A model generated the notes under the pieces. The model did not search any database. It had not been told where the DNA came from and saw only the letters and a list, made by a program, of their open reading frames with translations. From the NCBI GenBank assembly GCA_964304625.1, contig OZ199840.1:2782430-2846429 (forward strand): DNA of 64,000 nucleotides, written 5' to 3'. The DNA comes from Kudoa neothunni. Lineage: Eukaryota > Animalia > Cnidaria. Positions 1 through 12,467 of this stretch are shown here, in pieces (position 1 is the stretch's first letter; each line of letters opens with the position of its first letter). The translations under genes were made by a program, and so were the position numbers.

Positions 1-23
1 TAATGTATATTTTTCATAATGTA

Positions 24-615
24 GAAAGCATCTATGGACAATAAACGAAGACGTGAAAAAGAAGAGCGTGATGCTAAGATGAAAGCTCTGAAAGTCGTCA
101 ACTATTTTATTTCGGCTGCAACTTATTAATTTGTGTTGGTGTGGGTATATAGGAAGCTGATGCCAAAAAACGAGCAAACAGAGCAAATCAAAGCGGTTCA
201 GAAAACTCTCCTGGTGGTCAGGATATGGCTAAGAGGGGAGTTATTGATGGCCTACTTAGCTCATTGGAAACAGGTAAAGCCTTCAGAGGTAAGAAACCAG
301 ACGATGAAGATCCCAGTGCGTCGTCTGCTAACAACACTCCTGCGGTACTCCTAAAGAAAAGTAATTTGATTTTTGATTCACCATAATTCCAACTTCACAT
401 TTATCATTCTATAAATTTTTCTTCCGTTACAGTTAATCGAACTGAATTCTCGCTATTTAGAAGCCAATCCTGGAGTAAATTATCGCAAGGAAAAAACAAG
501 AACTATGGGTAAAAAATCTGAAGCTCTTTTCTCAGCCATGATTAAAGAAATGAACATGAACATTGGTGATGACAAAGGAAACGATGCTAACCAAACCGAC
601 GATATGGAATTTTGA
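24..615 (+). CDS. 3' end (partial, about 3 exons) of a Diaphanous-related formin
   Basis: Spliced translation KASMDNKRRREKEERDAKMKALK/EADAKKR...KRGVIDGLLSSLETGKAFRGKK resembles the FH2 C-terminal coiled coil plus the DAD motif ([20 protein letters not shown] in mDia). Last exon ends at TGA 613-615; the last splice junction is ambiguous. Confidence 0.75.
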
Positions 616-3130
616 TTGTAGATTATGTGGAGAATGTTCTCATCCAAGTGATGATTATTTTCCTTGTGGATTCCGATAAATAGAGTTTTTTTCTAATAGT
701 TATCATGATTGATTTTTTAACTTTTTCATGCAGTTTTGTAAATTTTTTTTCTTGGCGCACCCTCGAACTGTTTTCAAAAATTAGCACAAGCGTATTTATC
801 CTTTTTCTGTTTTCAACCTAAAAAAATATATGTTGAATGTACATTTTTTCTTGCTCTTATTATTATATGTAATCTTATTAAATTTATATGCCTCAATAAT
901 TCAAGTTTGTCTATTTTTATCTATCTATTCATAATTTAACAATCGAAATATAATGATTATTTATAATTAGATTTATTTTGTGGTTTCTATCGTCTTAAAC
1001 ATCGGAGTAGCACCTTTAGTAATATTCCGCGCTAATTGTTAATGAATGATTGTTTTTCTCAGAGTTGAAGTTAAAAATAGGGGTTTAAAAATATAAAATA
1101 GAAATATATATTTAGAAAAAGTGTGAGTTCACTTGGGATCCTAAAAATATAGTGAGCAACCGTTTTTCAGAAGCTTCGAAAGATTATAGCTTATTATTTT
1201 ATTGTCTCAAGTCATATAGTATATTTTAGTAGCCCATGTGGGTAAAGAAATAAAATATTTATTTAATTTTTATCGAGTAATCTATTTGAATTCAACAAAA
1301 TTTTGTACATATTTACGATAGGATTTCTGTTTCCGTGAGGCAAAATATTCCACGATTTACCCCGAATATTAAATCGTGTTGGTGAATGAAACGACATAAA
1401 AATCTCCTCCTAACTTTCAACTTTAATTTTTCTCTTATTTTAAAGCAATGATATACACTTTTTAACCAAGAAATAAAATTTTTAGTTATATGAGGCATAT
1501 GCGACCATTATAGTCCGTGTCGTTGGTGAGGTGGATTAACGAAAATATACGTCGGGTCATGCAGAATTCGAACTTTCGTTTCTTTATTTCACCCAAAATT
1601 AAATACTTTTTTAAATATTCGCTTATCTATTTGTTGTACTAACAATTTCTCGCACATCAAAGTAGAAAATTAATAAAAGGAATTCAACGTATATTTTTAA
1701 GGTATGTGATAATAACAACTTTCGAGCATGATTATTTAAATAATTTTTTACAACAATATAAATTTTACTTAGATTTGAATGATTTCATTAATTTTTAGAA
1801 GAATACTATTCTTCATCTGCATATTATTATCACACATGTTCTGTGATGTTTTCGGTTTTTAATAATCACTCCTTATTTTTAATAAAATTTATATTTTATT
1901 AATATAGTTTTATAATTTAAAAAAGTCAATATTTTTTAGTACTTAATTTATTTTTATGTAGTTGTTTCCTGAAATTAAAAAAATATTCCACAAAAACTCG
2001 ATATGACAAATGACACTTGTTTTTTTATAACTAATATTTTTTGTAATTTTTTAGTTGAAACTTTTCATCGATAAAAAAACAAATATTACAAATGAATAAG
2101 TCCTATTTGATATCAATAATTTATAATAAGTTAAGGAGTAAAAAATAACATATATTTACAATCTCCCAATATTCAACATTAAATTAATAACAGATTTATT
2201 ATATTTTTAGAAATTATTTTTAAAAGTTTCTAACCATTGTTTTATTAATAAAAGAAGTAATTACTACAGAAAATATATGAATTATTTCCCAACAAACATT
2301 CGTCAAACACAGCAAACAATAAATTTGGAATTTGAAACCGCGTGACACATGTAGAGGAGATATGATGCATAGTGAATACTGATTGATTCTTAAACGACCT
2401 ATTATAATAATTAAACTGGAAGTTAACATTTTACAAAATTAAATCTCCAAATGTGTATTAAGAATGAACCAACTAAATAATTACGTAGAGTTTCGTTAAT
2501 CCGTACTCGACTGCCGGTTATCATTAATAACTAAATTTAATTTGTCATTAGAACTTTAATTATCACAAAAATTTAATCAAACTAACGTGGGTTTTAATTT
2601 CTATGCATTTAATGTCATTTTAACAGTTAAACACAAGCAAATATTAATTAAGAGTAAATAATCTACTACATTTAATTAATTACTATAAATAGTCATTTAA
2701 GCCTCTCATTCATCGCATTCTAAGTTTCAATCCATTTCGTTCTTTTTCTAAATTCTCCACACATAATAGCGTAAATGGATAAATGGAAACTGAATAATTC
2801 CCCCCGATTTTGATATCGATTGAGTTAAATTATTTGAACAGATTATATTCAAATTTATAAAAATGAATCTTGATAATATAAATATAAGTTTAATTTTTCA
2901 TTTTATATTTTCAGAAAATAGATCAATTTTTTGTAAGTTCGTTTATAAACAATTAATTTGGCGCAAACCCAATTGTTCACCTTAGAACTCAAAGATTGAA
3001 TATAAAAAATTAATAGACTCAACAAAAAGAAGTAAAGTTAATTGGATATTTTTTTATTCTGAAAGAAATAATTAAGGAGACCATAAATTAGGTTTACTAA
3101 AATCATGTGGGCATGCGCACGTCGTTAAAA

Positions 3131-5763
3131 ATGAAAATCGACATAGATGGGCTCACTGTATTGTTTCCGTACGACTATATCTATCCTGAACAATATAGGT
3201 ATATGCATGAGTTGAAAAGATGCCTTAGAGCTGGAGGAAGTTGCATTTTGGAAATGCCATCAGGCACAGGGAAAACTATTTCTTTGCTTGCTTTGTTGGT
3301 TGCCTATCTTCAACAATATCCTTTGGAATATTCAAAAATAGTCTATTGTTCAAGAACAGTATCTGAGATTGATAGTGTGATGAACGAATTGAAGCACCTC
3401 TATAATTACTACGAAAAGCACGCTAAAACCAAAGTGCAATTGTTATCGTTGTGCCTATCCTCTCGAAAAAACCTCTGTATAAATGAGGATGTGGTTGATA
3501 GTAGTGCGGATGCGTTTTTGGATGGAAGAGTGGTTGATTCGAAGTGTTATCAACTAACCAGGAAAAAATGTCATTCATGTGTTAGCGACACCGTAACAAA
3601 TAAACAAAAAACCAGTCATAATGGCACAGGGTATGACTTGAACGTAGATGAAATGAAAGAATGTGTTTATTTTGAAGTAAAATAGCTGCTAGTCTATCAA
3701 ATGTGTAGATGTGAATATTTTTATAGACTTTTGATATTGAAAGTGAAGATTTCGTGTTGCCTTATGGAGTTTATTCGTTGGAAGATTTAAAAGCTCTGGG
3801 TAGAACCAAGAAATATTGCCCCTACTACACAGCAAGACACGCGATTTCTACCTGTCAAATTTTAGTTTACAGTTATTATTATTTATTGGACCCCAAAATT
3901 GCGCAAGTAGTTTCCAGAGAACTACCTTCTAATTGTGTGATTGTATTCGATGAAGCACACAACATTGACAATGTTTGTATCGAGACTTTTAGCATAAAAT
4001 TAACTCAAAAACATTTAAACGAGTCACGAGATAGTTTATTATATTTGGAGGGGTTGATTAGTGAGATCCGATTGAAAGACAAAAATAAACTACTGGAGGA
4101 ATATCACAAAATGTTAGATAACATTAAGATGCGTGTTGAAGACAACAAAAATGATCTCTATCTAACCAACCCCATTATTCCAGAGGATATTCTTGAAGAG
4201 TTGATTCCTGGTAGTATAAGAAAGGCTGACCATTTCGTCTCATTTATGAAACGGTTTGTGGAATTTTTGTGTTATAGGATGTCGTTGAAGAATGTCACAA
4301 CCGAATATCCTTATCACTTCCTTAAAGATTTGTATGATAAAGTGATCGTTGAGATAATGTGATATGACATTTATATGCGGTAGGTTTACATTGACCACCG
4401 ACCAATGAGGTTGTGCTCGGAGCGTTTGCGCTCTCTTCTCGTCACTCTAGAATTGGATGGATCATCAGAGTTGTGCTCATCACTTGGTGTTGTTGCTGAT
4501 TTTGCGACAATAATCGGAACTTACCAACAAGGTTTCTCTATTATTGTCGAACCCTTTGATCAATCCACCCCTTCCATCATCAATCCAAAAATTTTGTTAT
4601 GTTGCTTAGATGCCACCCTTGCCATAAAACCCATCTTCGATAGGTATCAATTGAATTTTACTTCCCAACAATAACAATCCAACTGTTGAACAGATTTAAA
4701 AGTGTCGTCATCACCAGTGGCACACTATCCCCCTTGGATATGTATCCTAAGTTGTTGAATTTCAATCCGCTTGTTGTCTCGTCTCTATCTATGTCATTGA
4801 TAAGGCCCAGTTTGTGTCCTATTGTGGTTTCCCGGGGTGCAGACCAAGGCGTCATATCTAGTCGCTTTGCCGACCGACAAGACATCAGTGTCACACGAAA
4901 CTATGGGCTATTGATTGCCAATATTTGTGCCGTAGTACCGGATGGTGTGGTTTGTTTCTTCACCAGTTATCGCCATCTAGAGGTACTCTAACATTATTCG
5001 ATTCATTTCATTTTGGTATATTTTTGATGATGATCTATATTTTTATGATACAGAGTTGTATGGCTATTTGGGATGATATGGGAATTCTTGCAAAAATACA
5101 AGCTCACAAATTGCTTTTCGTTGAAACCACAAACGTTGCCGAAACTTCGGTTGCTTTGGAAGCGTATAAGAAAGCTTGTCGAATTGGACGTGGTGGATGC
5201 TTCATATCGGTTGCTAGAGGAAAAGTTTCCGAGGGAATCGACTTTCATGGATTTTACGGACGGGCAGTAATAGTACTCGGGGTGCCTTACGTTTTCACAC
5301 AAAGTTATGCACTTAAAGCTCGTTTGGAGTATCTCAAAGAGAAGTAAATGCTACTGTCGTTTTATTATTTTCTTCAATTAAATTATTTAATAATTAATTT
5401 TGTAGATATGGCATTAATGAATCTGACTTTTTGACTTTCGATGCGATGAGACACACAGCTCAATGCTTGGGCAGAGTGATCCGCGGTAAGTCCGATTACG
5501 GTCTTATGATACTGGCCGACCAACGCTTCGCGAGAGCTGATCGAATCAGAAGACTCCCCAGTTGGATTAGGGAACATTTGTCACCACAGAACGTTGGTCT
5601 CTCTGTAGATGAAGCTGTAAATGTAGCTCGTCGGTTCTTCCATCACATGGGCCAACCCGTTGACAACATTAAACAACTTGGTCATTCTTTGCTTACGCCT
5701 GAGATTATTTCCTCAGAAAAATTTCAGAAATCATTCCGGCTATCTCTCACTACCAATAACTAG
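3131..5763 (+). CDS. ERCC2: TFIIH helicase subunit XPD (Rad3), 6 exons
   Basis: Motifs [81 protein letters not shown] introns 3677-3726, 4342-4383, 4644-4693, 4983-5053 and 5344-5405 restore one reading frame. Confidence 0.97.
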
Positions 5764-7363
5764 TATTAGTAATCTAATTTGTCTCACCCATGTTTATATT
5801 GAACGAAATTGTAAATTTTGAAAAGTTTCCGATGCAGATCGATTTTTATTTACGCAGAATTGATTTTTTATGCTCTTTAATAAAATTGTTGCATATTATT
5901 AAATTAACTTAAACCAGAAGTAAATCTATAAGTTTTGTTGATGAAATTAATTACCTTTTCAATAGATTCTTAGTGATATTATTTTCTAATCATTTCATAA
6001 TAAATTTTTTTGGATTTTCTCCAAATTGATATAAGTTTTTACTACATTGAATTAAAATAAATTAACGCCTGGAATTAAAAAATTGGGGGTACATTTCAAT
6101 TAAATCTGATGAATTGTTTCCTCCAAAGACTTGAAGGAAATATCTGAATCAATTTTAGGCTATTTGCAATTATAAATTAGACAAGGTGGTGTTTGAATAG
6201 TAAAAATAACTTAGTGTTGCCTAATTTTATGGCGTTTTGGATTAAGCGGCTCCTATCTCAATAAAAAATTGGAATCTAATCTTATTTGCGTCGTCATATT
6301 ATAAAATGAAAAATAAAAGTTATATTGGCTTAAAACAATGTTGATACATGATTTCTCAAATTTTATGATCAGTAAATTCCGGAAATATTTTCAAAGAATA
6401 CAAAAATTTATTTTACTTCAGATGAGTGAATGTTTTAGATAAAATCGATTTAAATTTATAAATTTAATATTTTTTCAAATCTAAACTCTAATTTAATAAT
6501 TTTAATGAGATCATTTTTTCCCGATTTTAGAACAGAAATAATTTTATCAAATTTTAGGAAGGGCCAAGGGATTAATTTAGAAGGAAATTTTGTTTTATTA
6601 ACTAATGGTAATGTCTAGTCAAGTTTTTTTTTGTTTAAATCCAATATAAATTTTCACCAATTATCAGAATAAAGGAATATTTTGAGATATTTTCATTTTT
6701 CGACATTTCTTGTGCAGTAGTGTTTATTTTTTCTGTTTAAAAATAAATCAAATATCTAGATTATATATTTATAGTTTTGATTTTTAGTTACCATCTGAAA
6801 AGTTTAGAAGAGTTTAATATAGGAACGTTATTGTATGATTCTGATTTATGGATTCCGGTTATTGCACGTTACTTAAATCATTACTTTTAAACCAAAAAAT
6901 CTGGGTATTCATGAATTTAAAGAAAAATTCAATATTTATAAATTTTCTTATGTTTATTTTTAAAATTTTCGAATAGGAAACAACTTTATATTATGAGTAA
7001 TATCTATTCGAGTGTGGTAGAGTAAATAACGATTAATTTCTAATATGTAGAAAAAATTTAATATTACAAATATCTGCCTCATTTTGTAATGTAATTTAAT
7101 AGAAGTTTAATAAAGGTGAAAAATAGCCAGAAATTCTAAATAATTCATCATACGTCTCTAGGTAAATCTTAGATTTCATGGTAACCTTAATAAAATGAAA
7201 TCCCCATTTATGATTTTCATATATTTTACCCAGTAATATTAAAATTTTTAAATTAACAATTAAGTTGTATTTTAATAACAGAATAAATATATACTAATCA
7301 GAAAATTACGATATATTAAGAAATAGATTATCATATCAATTGTGTTTTAGATAGGCTATTTAC

Positions 7364-7379
7364 CCGATACAAGTATCGG
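7364..7379. promoter_or_regulatory. Palindrome CCGATAC-AA-GTATCGG about 57 nt upstream of copy 1 ATG
   Basis: CGATAC-N2-GTATCG is present at the same position in all five copies (also 20039-20052, 42236-42249, 49984-49999, 59115-59128). Confidence 0.6.
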
Positions 7380-7435
7380 CTTATTATAGTATTCATTTAT
7401 TAAGTTCTATTTGTTGGTTTCCTTTATCTTTCATT

Positions 7436-10400
7436 ATGGTTAAGGATAAATTTTTGAATTCCCTCTTATGTATATAGTTTTTTCTTACCATTAATGAATC
7501 TTTATTAGGCATGCAAATCGCATTCTTTTGCGTGGTAGAGAATGCAACAGCGCCCGCTTCAGCCTCAACGTCTACTCCCTTAGCTATTCTAAATTATCAA
7601 ATTGAATATGATAGTGCTACTTCCTCTAATGTAGTTAAGCATACACTTGGCGGAACAAGTTATGCTACAGGAAAATGTCGTATATTGAGGTCAAACGAAG
7701 CAGAAACTATACTCAACTCAAGTACTCCAGCTGATCTTAAAGAAATTTCAGAATGCCCTGGACGTGAAACTGCCGAAACCACAAAATGCATAATCGATTG
7801 CAATAGCCAAACAAGTAAAGTACCGTATAATAAACTTTCTCCTAGAACAAAATACATGTATGTATACGTTGGTGCAGATGAGGCTGTTAAAATAGAGCAA
7901 TATCCAAGAGGTGGAAAGGTGTTTGGTTTGGCCATACGTAATCTAAATAACTTTGAATTGATAAATAATTTAATCAAATTTAGCATTATTGGTCAATCCT
8001 CAAGTATCGATCTCTATGGCTGCAGAAAAATTGAAACTCCTAACAAAAACTTGCTCCCCAGTTGCGTGCCCAATCCATTATAAAGACGCACAATTCAAGG
8101 GGGGTAATGCGGGGCAAACATGTGACGCAGAAAACACAGAGAATGATGTTGAATTTGATTTATTGATTCCTCATTATGAGATGAGATGTGTGAATTATCC
8201 AAGTTTCTTTTATTATATGCCAAATGCATACATGAAGAAAAATATCGCTATTTATGAACCTCAGTATTACGTAACAAAAAAGGCGGGAGTTGCTAATCAA
8301 GTTGTTCTTAAATTCACTGATTTAATGTTATCATCAGAGATATGTGTTTTCAGTATTAAGGACGGTAAAACTGAAGTAGCTAACTCCGCGTATGAATCGA
8401 AATGTGGAAATACTGAGGGAAAGTGTTACGCACCTTGTAAAAATGTTGAGCTTACTGTAACAGCAGAAAAAGAAATATATAATGTTCTAATTCAAACCAG
8501 GAATCACGATCTTTCAAAAACATCTGTTGATTTTGATGGATTTTCTCAAAAAAAATTTCGTAATTTATTTTAGTCAATAATTATAATTATTTTATTATAA
8601 ATCTTATAGCGATATCTGAGACTGGAGATGGTTTATTATCTGTTTATACGAAACAAGGTTTAACGTTGGATGGGGGATTTTTAAATCCATCATCGGGAAC
8701 TAAGTTCAATACATGCACTCTAAAACATTATCCTGCTGACAAAGTCAATCCTACATCTTCAACTACTTCATGTAACGCGGCCACTAAAAAGGATAGTAGT
8801 AGTAGTGGTAGTGAGAGTGGTGAATGCAAAACTGGTTGCGAAAAATTAGTAATTGAACAACTATCACCAGGGAAACCATATATAATTGAAATTGAGTCCA
8901 GTGGCATAGCAGATTTAACTTCCTTCAAAGAACAAATACTTATAAGAACAAGTAATAATTTGAAATTAAAAATAAACAAAACTAATAATCATTAAAAGAT
9001 AATGAGGAGAACAAAAATTTCCAAGAAACTGCCCCTACTAAAACAGAATCAACAACTACACTAACAGCTATTGGAGGTGCAGCTGAAGGCAATATGAAAG
9101 ATCAACCAAATTGTGAATACTATTTAAGTCCAACTGGGAAAAACACATTTTACACCGCTAAATGTACTGAAACCAATCCCTGTAGAGGAAGATGTAGAGA
9201 ATCAATAACTATTGTTGATCTTGAACCAAACACTTCTTACGACGTTAGGGTCATTGCTGATAAGGAGTACAAAGAACACATATATACAAATGTTTTAACT
9301 AGTATATATATATATATTAACTTATTCAACTCAATCTAGATCTGGCAACCTTGAGAATAACTCAAAAATACACTGAGCAAGGATTGGAATTGAATGCACA
9401 ATTGTCCAAAAAAGTCCCAGAAGCCATTTGCCATTATACAATCCAAATAAAAAAAGATGATGAGTTTGAAGATGTTTACGTCTGCGAAGCATCACAGACA
9501 CCGGCAGCTGCACCAGAAACTCAAAATACTCCACCAAGCTCACCAGCCGAATCCAATTCTAATACCGACCAACCACAAACTGGTACTAGTCAAATTCAAA
9601 GTCTAAAATCAGAAATTAATAAATTAAAAATTGCAAGAGCTGAATCTAATACTCCTACTGAAACTGAAACTGATACAGATGTCACTCCAATTACGACAGT
9701 CGATACAACTGCGAGCCCGGTCAATTCAAACACATGCTCCTCGTTTCCATTGTGCAGTTCTATTAAATTCGACGACTATGATGCAAATGAAGAGTATAAA
9801 GTGTCTATTACTGCAGTGGGAAAATCAGAGAGAAATGAAATTACTTTAGTAGCTAGTAAAAATATTTTCGATATTATTATTATATTAATATTTAAAATAA
9901 ATAGCCGCTCCAAAGGGGAATCCCACAGAAAACGACAAAATAATATATGTGACCATAACAAGGGATGGTGAATCATTTGTTATAGAAAACACCCTACCAT
10001 CTAGTCTTAATGAAAAATCCAAATGTAAATGGGAATTACGTAACGCGAGTACCAAATCGATAGCAATTATTAAAAAATGCATGAGACGAAATGACAATGG
10101 ATGTAGAACGTACCCTTCATGCAAATCATTCACTATCAGTGGATTAGCAGATGGCAATAATTATCACTTGACTGTGTACAGTTCTATCAATCCAACAATT
10201 TATGGGACAGCCACTATTGAGCAAGGTAAAGCATTGTTACTTCGAAAATAATTAAAACTGTAAATTTTAGGAGCCAAAAGCAGTTCCAGGTTTATTAATT
10301 AATATTTTTAAAATAAATAAATAAATTTTTAGTTCTAAAACCATGGTCATGTATTAATTTATTGTGTTTTTACAATTTAACTGGTATTGTTTTAGAATAA

Positions 10401-10471
10401 TTGCAGTAGCCGCTATTGGAGCTATGATCATGGGTGCTATTGGTTTCGTGGTTTTCAAGAAGAAAAAATAA
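7436..10471 (+). CDS. Variant surface protein family copy 1: 877-aa type I membrane protein with Cys-rich FN3-like modules (intact)
   Basis: Exons 7436-7469, 7509-7937, 7984-8559, 8610-8951, 8999-9301, 9340-9855, 9905-10225, 10271-10289, 10333-10350, 10396-10471 sum to 2634 nt with no internal stop; all introns GT-AG. N-terminus MVKDKFLNSLLCMQIAFFCVVENA is signal-like; repeated LxPxxxYxV/I motifs; C-terminus MVIIIAVAAIGAMIMGAIGFVVFKKKK. Confidence 0.88.
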
Positions 10472-11154
10472 ACGCCCTTATTTACGAATTATTGCCCTAA
10501 AATCCAACTATAGAAATTTAGATTATTTTTCTAATGGTGTGATATTTATGAAAATTTTTTAATTTGTCGACAATTAAAATTTATTGATACTTAATCAAAT
10601 AAAAATATTTTATCTTTGATGTGTTCCAACGTTATTATAAAATTTGATTGGGATGATATGACTCGGATAAAAATGTGGGATTGTTAATAAATTTTAAAAT
10701 TTTTTTATAATTATTTGAAATTGCTAAAACTTAATGAAATATAATAAACGAATAATATTCATTTTGTTAAACGACTTAGTTAAATAAAATATATCTATCG
10801 AAAAATAGTTGTAAACGTTGATTAATCTTCCAAATATTTGGATGTTGTATTCGGTTACTTTTATAAATTATACACTAAATAACGGTACTGAAATTTATGT
10901 GAAATATAAATATCTGAAAAACTAGATAACAAGATATGATTAATATTTTTTTTCTGTTTATTAAAAAAATGAGCTCAACGGCTTGTGTATTGGCATCTAG
11001 GATTTTCAACACTAATCAATGCAAACTCATTTCTTGGGAACTATAATTATGGTTTTAGTACTTATTCCAGTTTTTAATGAAATCTTGGGCTATTTAAAAG
11101 CTAATGTTATGTGGAAAATATTAATAAATAAATTAATTATTGGGTTACTTAACA

Positions 11155-11388
11155 CAGTGGGTGACCAGTTTTTCGCACTGTCGACTCGTTTGTACTTTCA
11201 ACAAAAAGTAGATTTATGCTGCATTGTTTTTTTTAAAAAGATATACCATATTTTTTTATAATAGAATGTATCAAATTAATAAAACAAATTTTAATTTATA
11301 TTTGCTATTTTACGTGCTTTTCTTAATGGCCAGTTTTTCGTACATTTTTCAATACTTGTGGAGGTTACAAACGAGTGGTCACCTACTG
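11155..11388. mobile_element. Tc1/mariner-type MITE (~234 bp)
   Basis: TIRs CAGTGGGTGACCA...TGGTCACCTACTG followed by TA; absent from the homologous flank of copy 2. Confidence 0.75.
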
Positions 11389-12467
11389 TACTAAAATTAT
11401 TTTCCAAAAATCCCTTAGAATCATTTTGCATCTACGTTCAAATCTGGATATAGCGTGGTTATAAAGTTGGACACCGATTTTATAAATTTTTGAATCACTT
11501 AAGTTCGTAATCAATTTTACTTTATTTTGCAATAACACATACGGAGGAAAAATGTTTTCAAGTCTAATGTTCTCCGATATCGAGTTTCCTTCATATGGCG
11601 TGACATTTTAAGTTTGGTAACTGGGTTAGCGCGAGTTCGGAATTATCAAGAAAAAGTTCAGTATTGACGAAAAATGTGAAGCGATAGAATTTTTGTAAAT
11701 TTATAAAAGTAATCATTTAGGGGAAAACATAAAAACTTTAAAATTTAACGTATACGGTATATTTATTTCTCTAGCATACTTGAAAATTAATCAAGATTGG
11801 CGAATTGTGATTTTCCTGGCAAAAAAAAGTTGCGTTTTGAAAATTTTAAGATTCGGATGCTAAAGTGTATAATTTAGGCTCCAAATTAAGACATTTAGAT
11901 TGATCAATTATTGCTAATGTTATTATGAAAATAGTCGCCTTAACACTGTAGAGTGTGATCTTAACAGTCTTGGTACACGTATAGGCTGACTTTGTAGATT
12001 AAATATTTTGATCACAAATTTTTCTTTTGCATTAAGAATTTTTTATATTAAATTAATATTAAAATTATATACAATTTGAAATTTATTTTTTTTAAATAAA
12101 TAAATAATTGACTATAATTTAAAGTCTTTTTAATGCGCCCGCTAAAATATGGGAAATGGAAAGTTATTTAAATTAACCGATTCGTACATTGGTTACGCGC
12201 AAAAAAAAAGAACACGAAATACAGTATTTCAAAAAACTTGGATGCAACCATGTTGTATTAAAATAGATAAATTATAATAAACGCATATAGGTAATAGTTT
12301 ACTATTTCTTCCATATTTAGACATATTGGGTGGTATGACTTTGCGTGATTAGAATAATATTGTAGTTGGACTGATGTTATTTCATTAGGTTCATTAAAGA
12401 CGGCCTTCCATTTATTCCTCCATTTTTGTGGATGATTGATTTTTTGGTGAAAAATTCCACGATAAGA

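Noticed and set aside
133-354. 73-aa ORF in the supplied track
   Set aside because: Wrong frame; the formin DAD motif lies in another frame of the same exon.
620-3100. Short ORFs (1313-1498, 2220-2429) and possible TE ends between the formin and XPD
   Set aside because: No recognisable motifs or convincing paired TIRs.
7364-7379. Assigning the promoter palindrome to DMRT/doublesex or DREF
   Set aside because: The spacing is one base shorter than the DMRT pseudo-palindrome and it lacks the full TATCGATA of the DRE.
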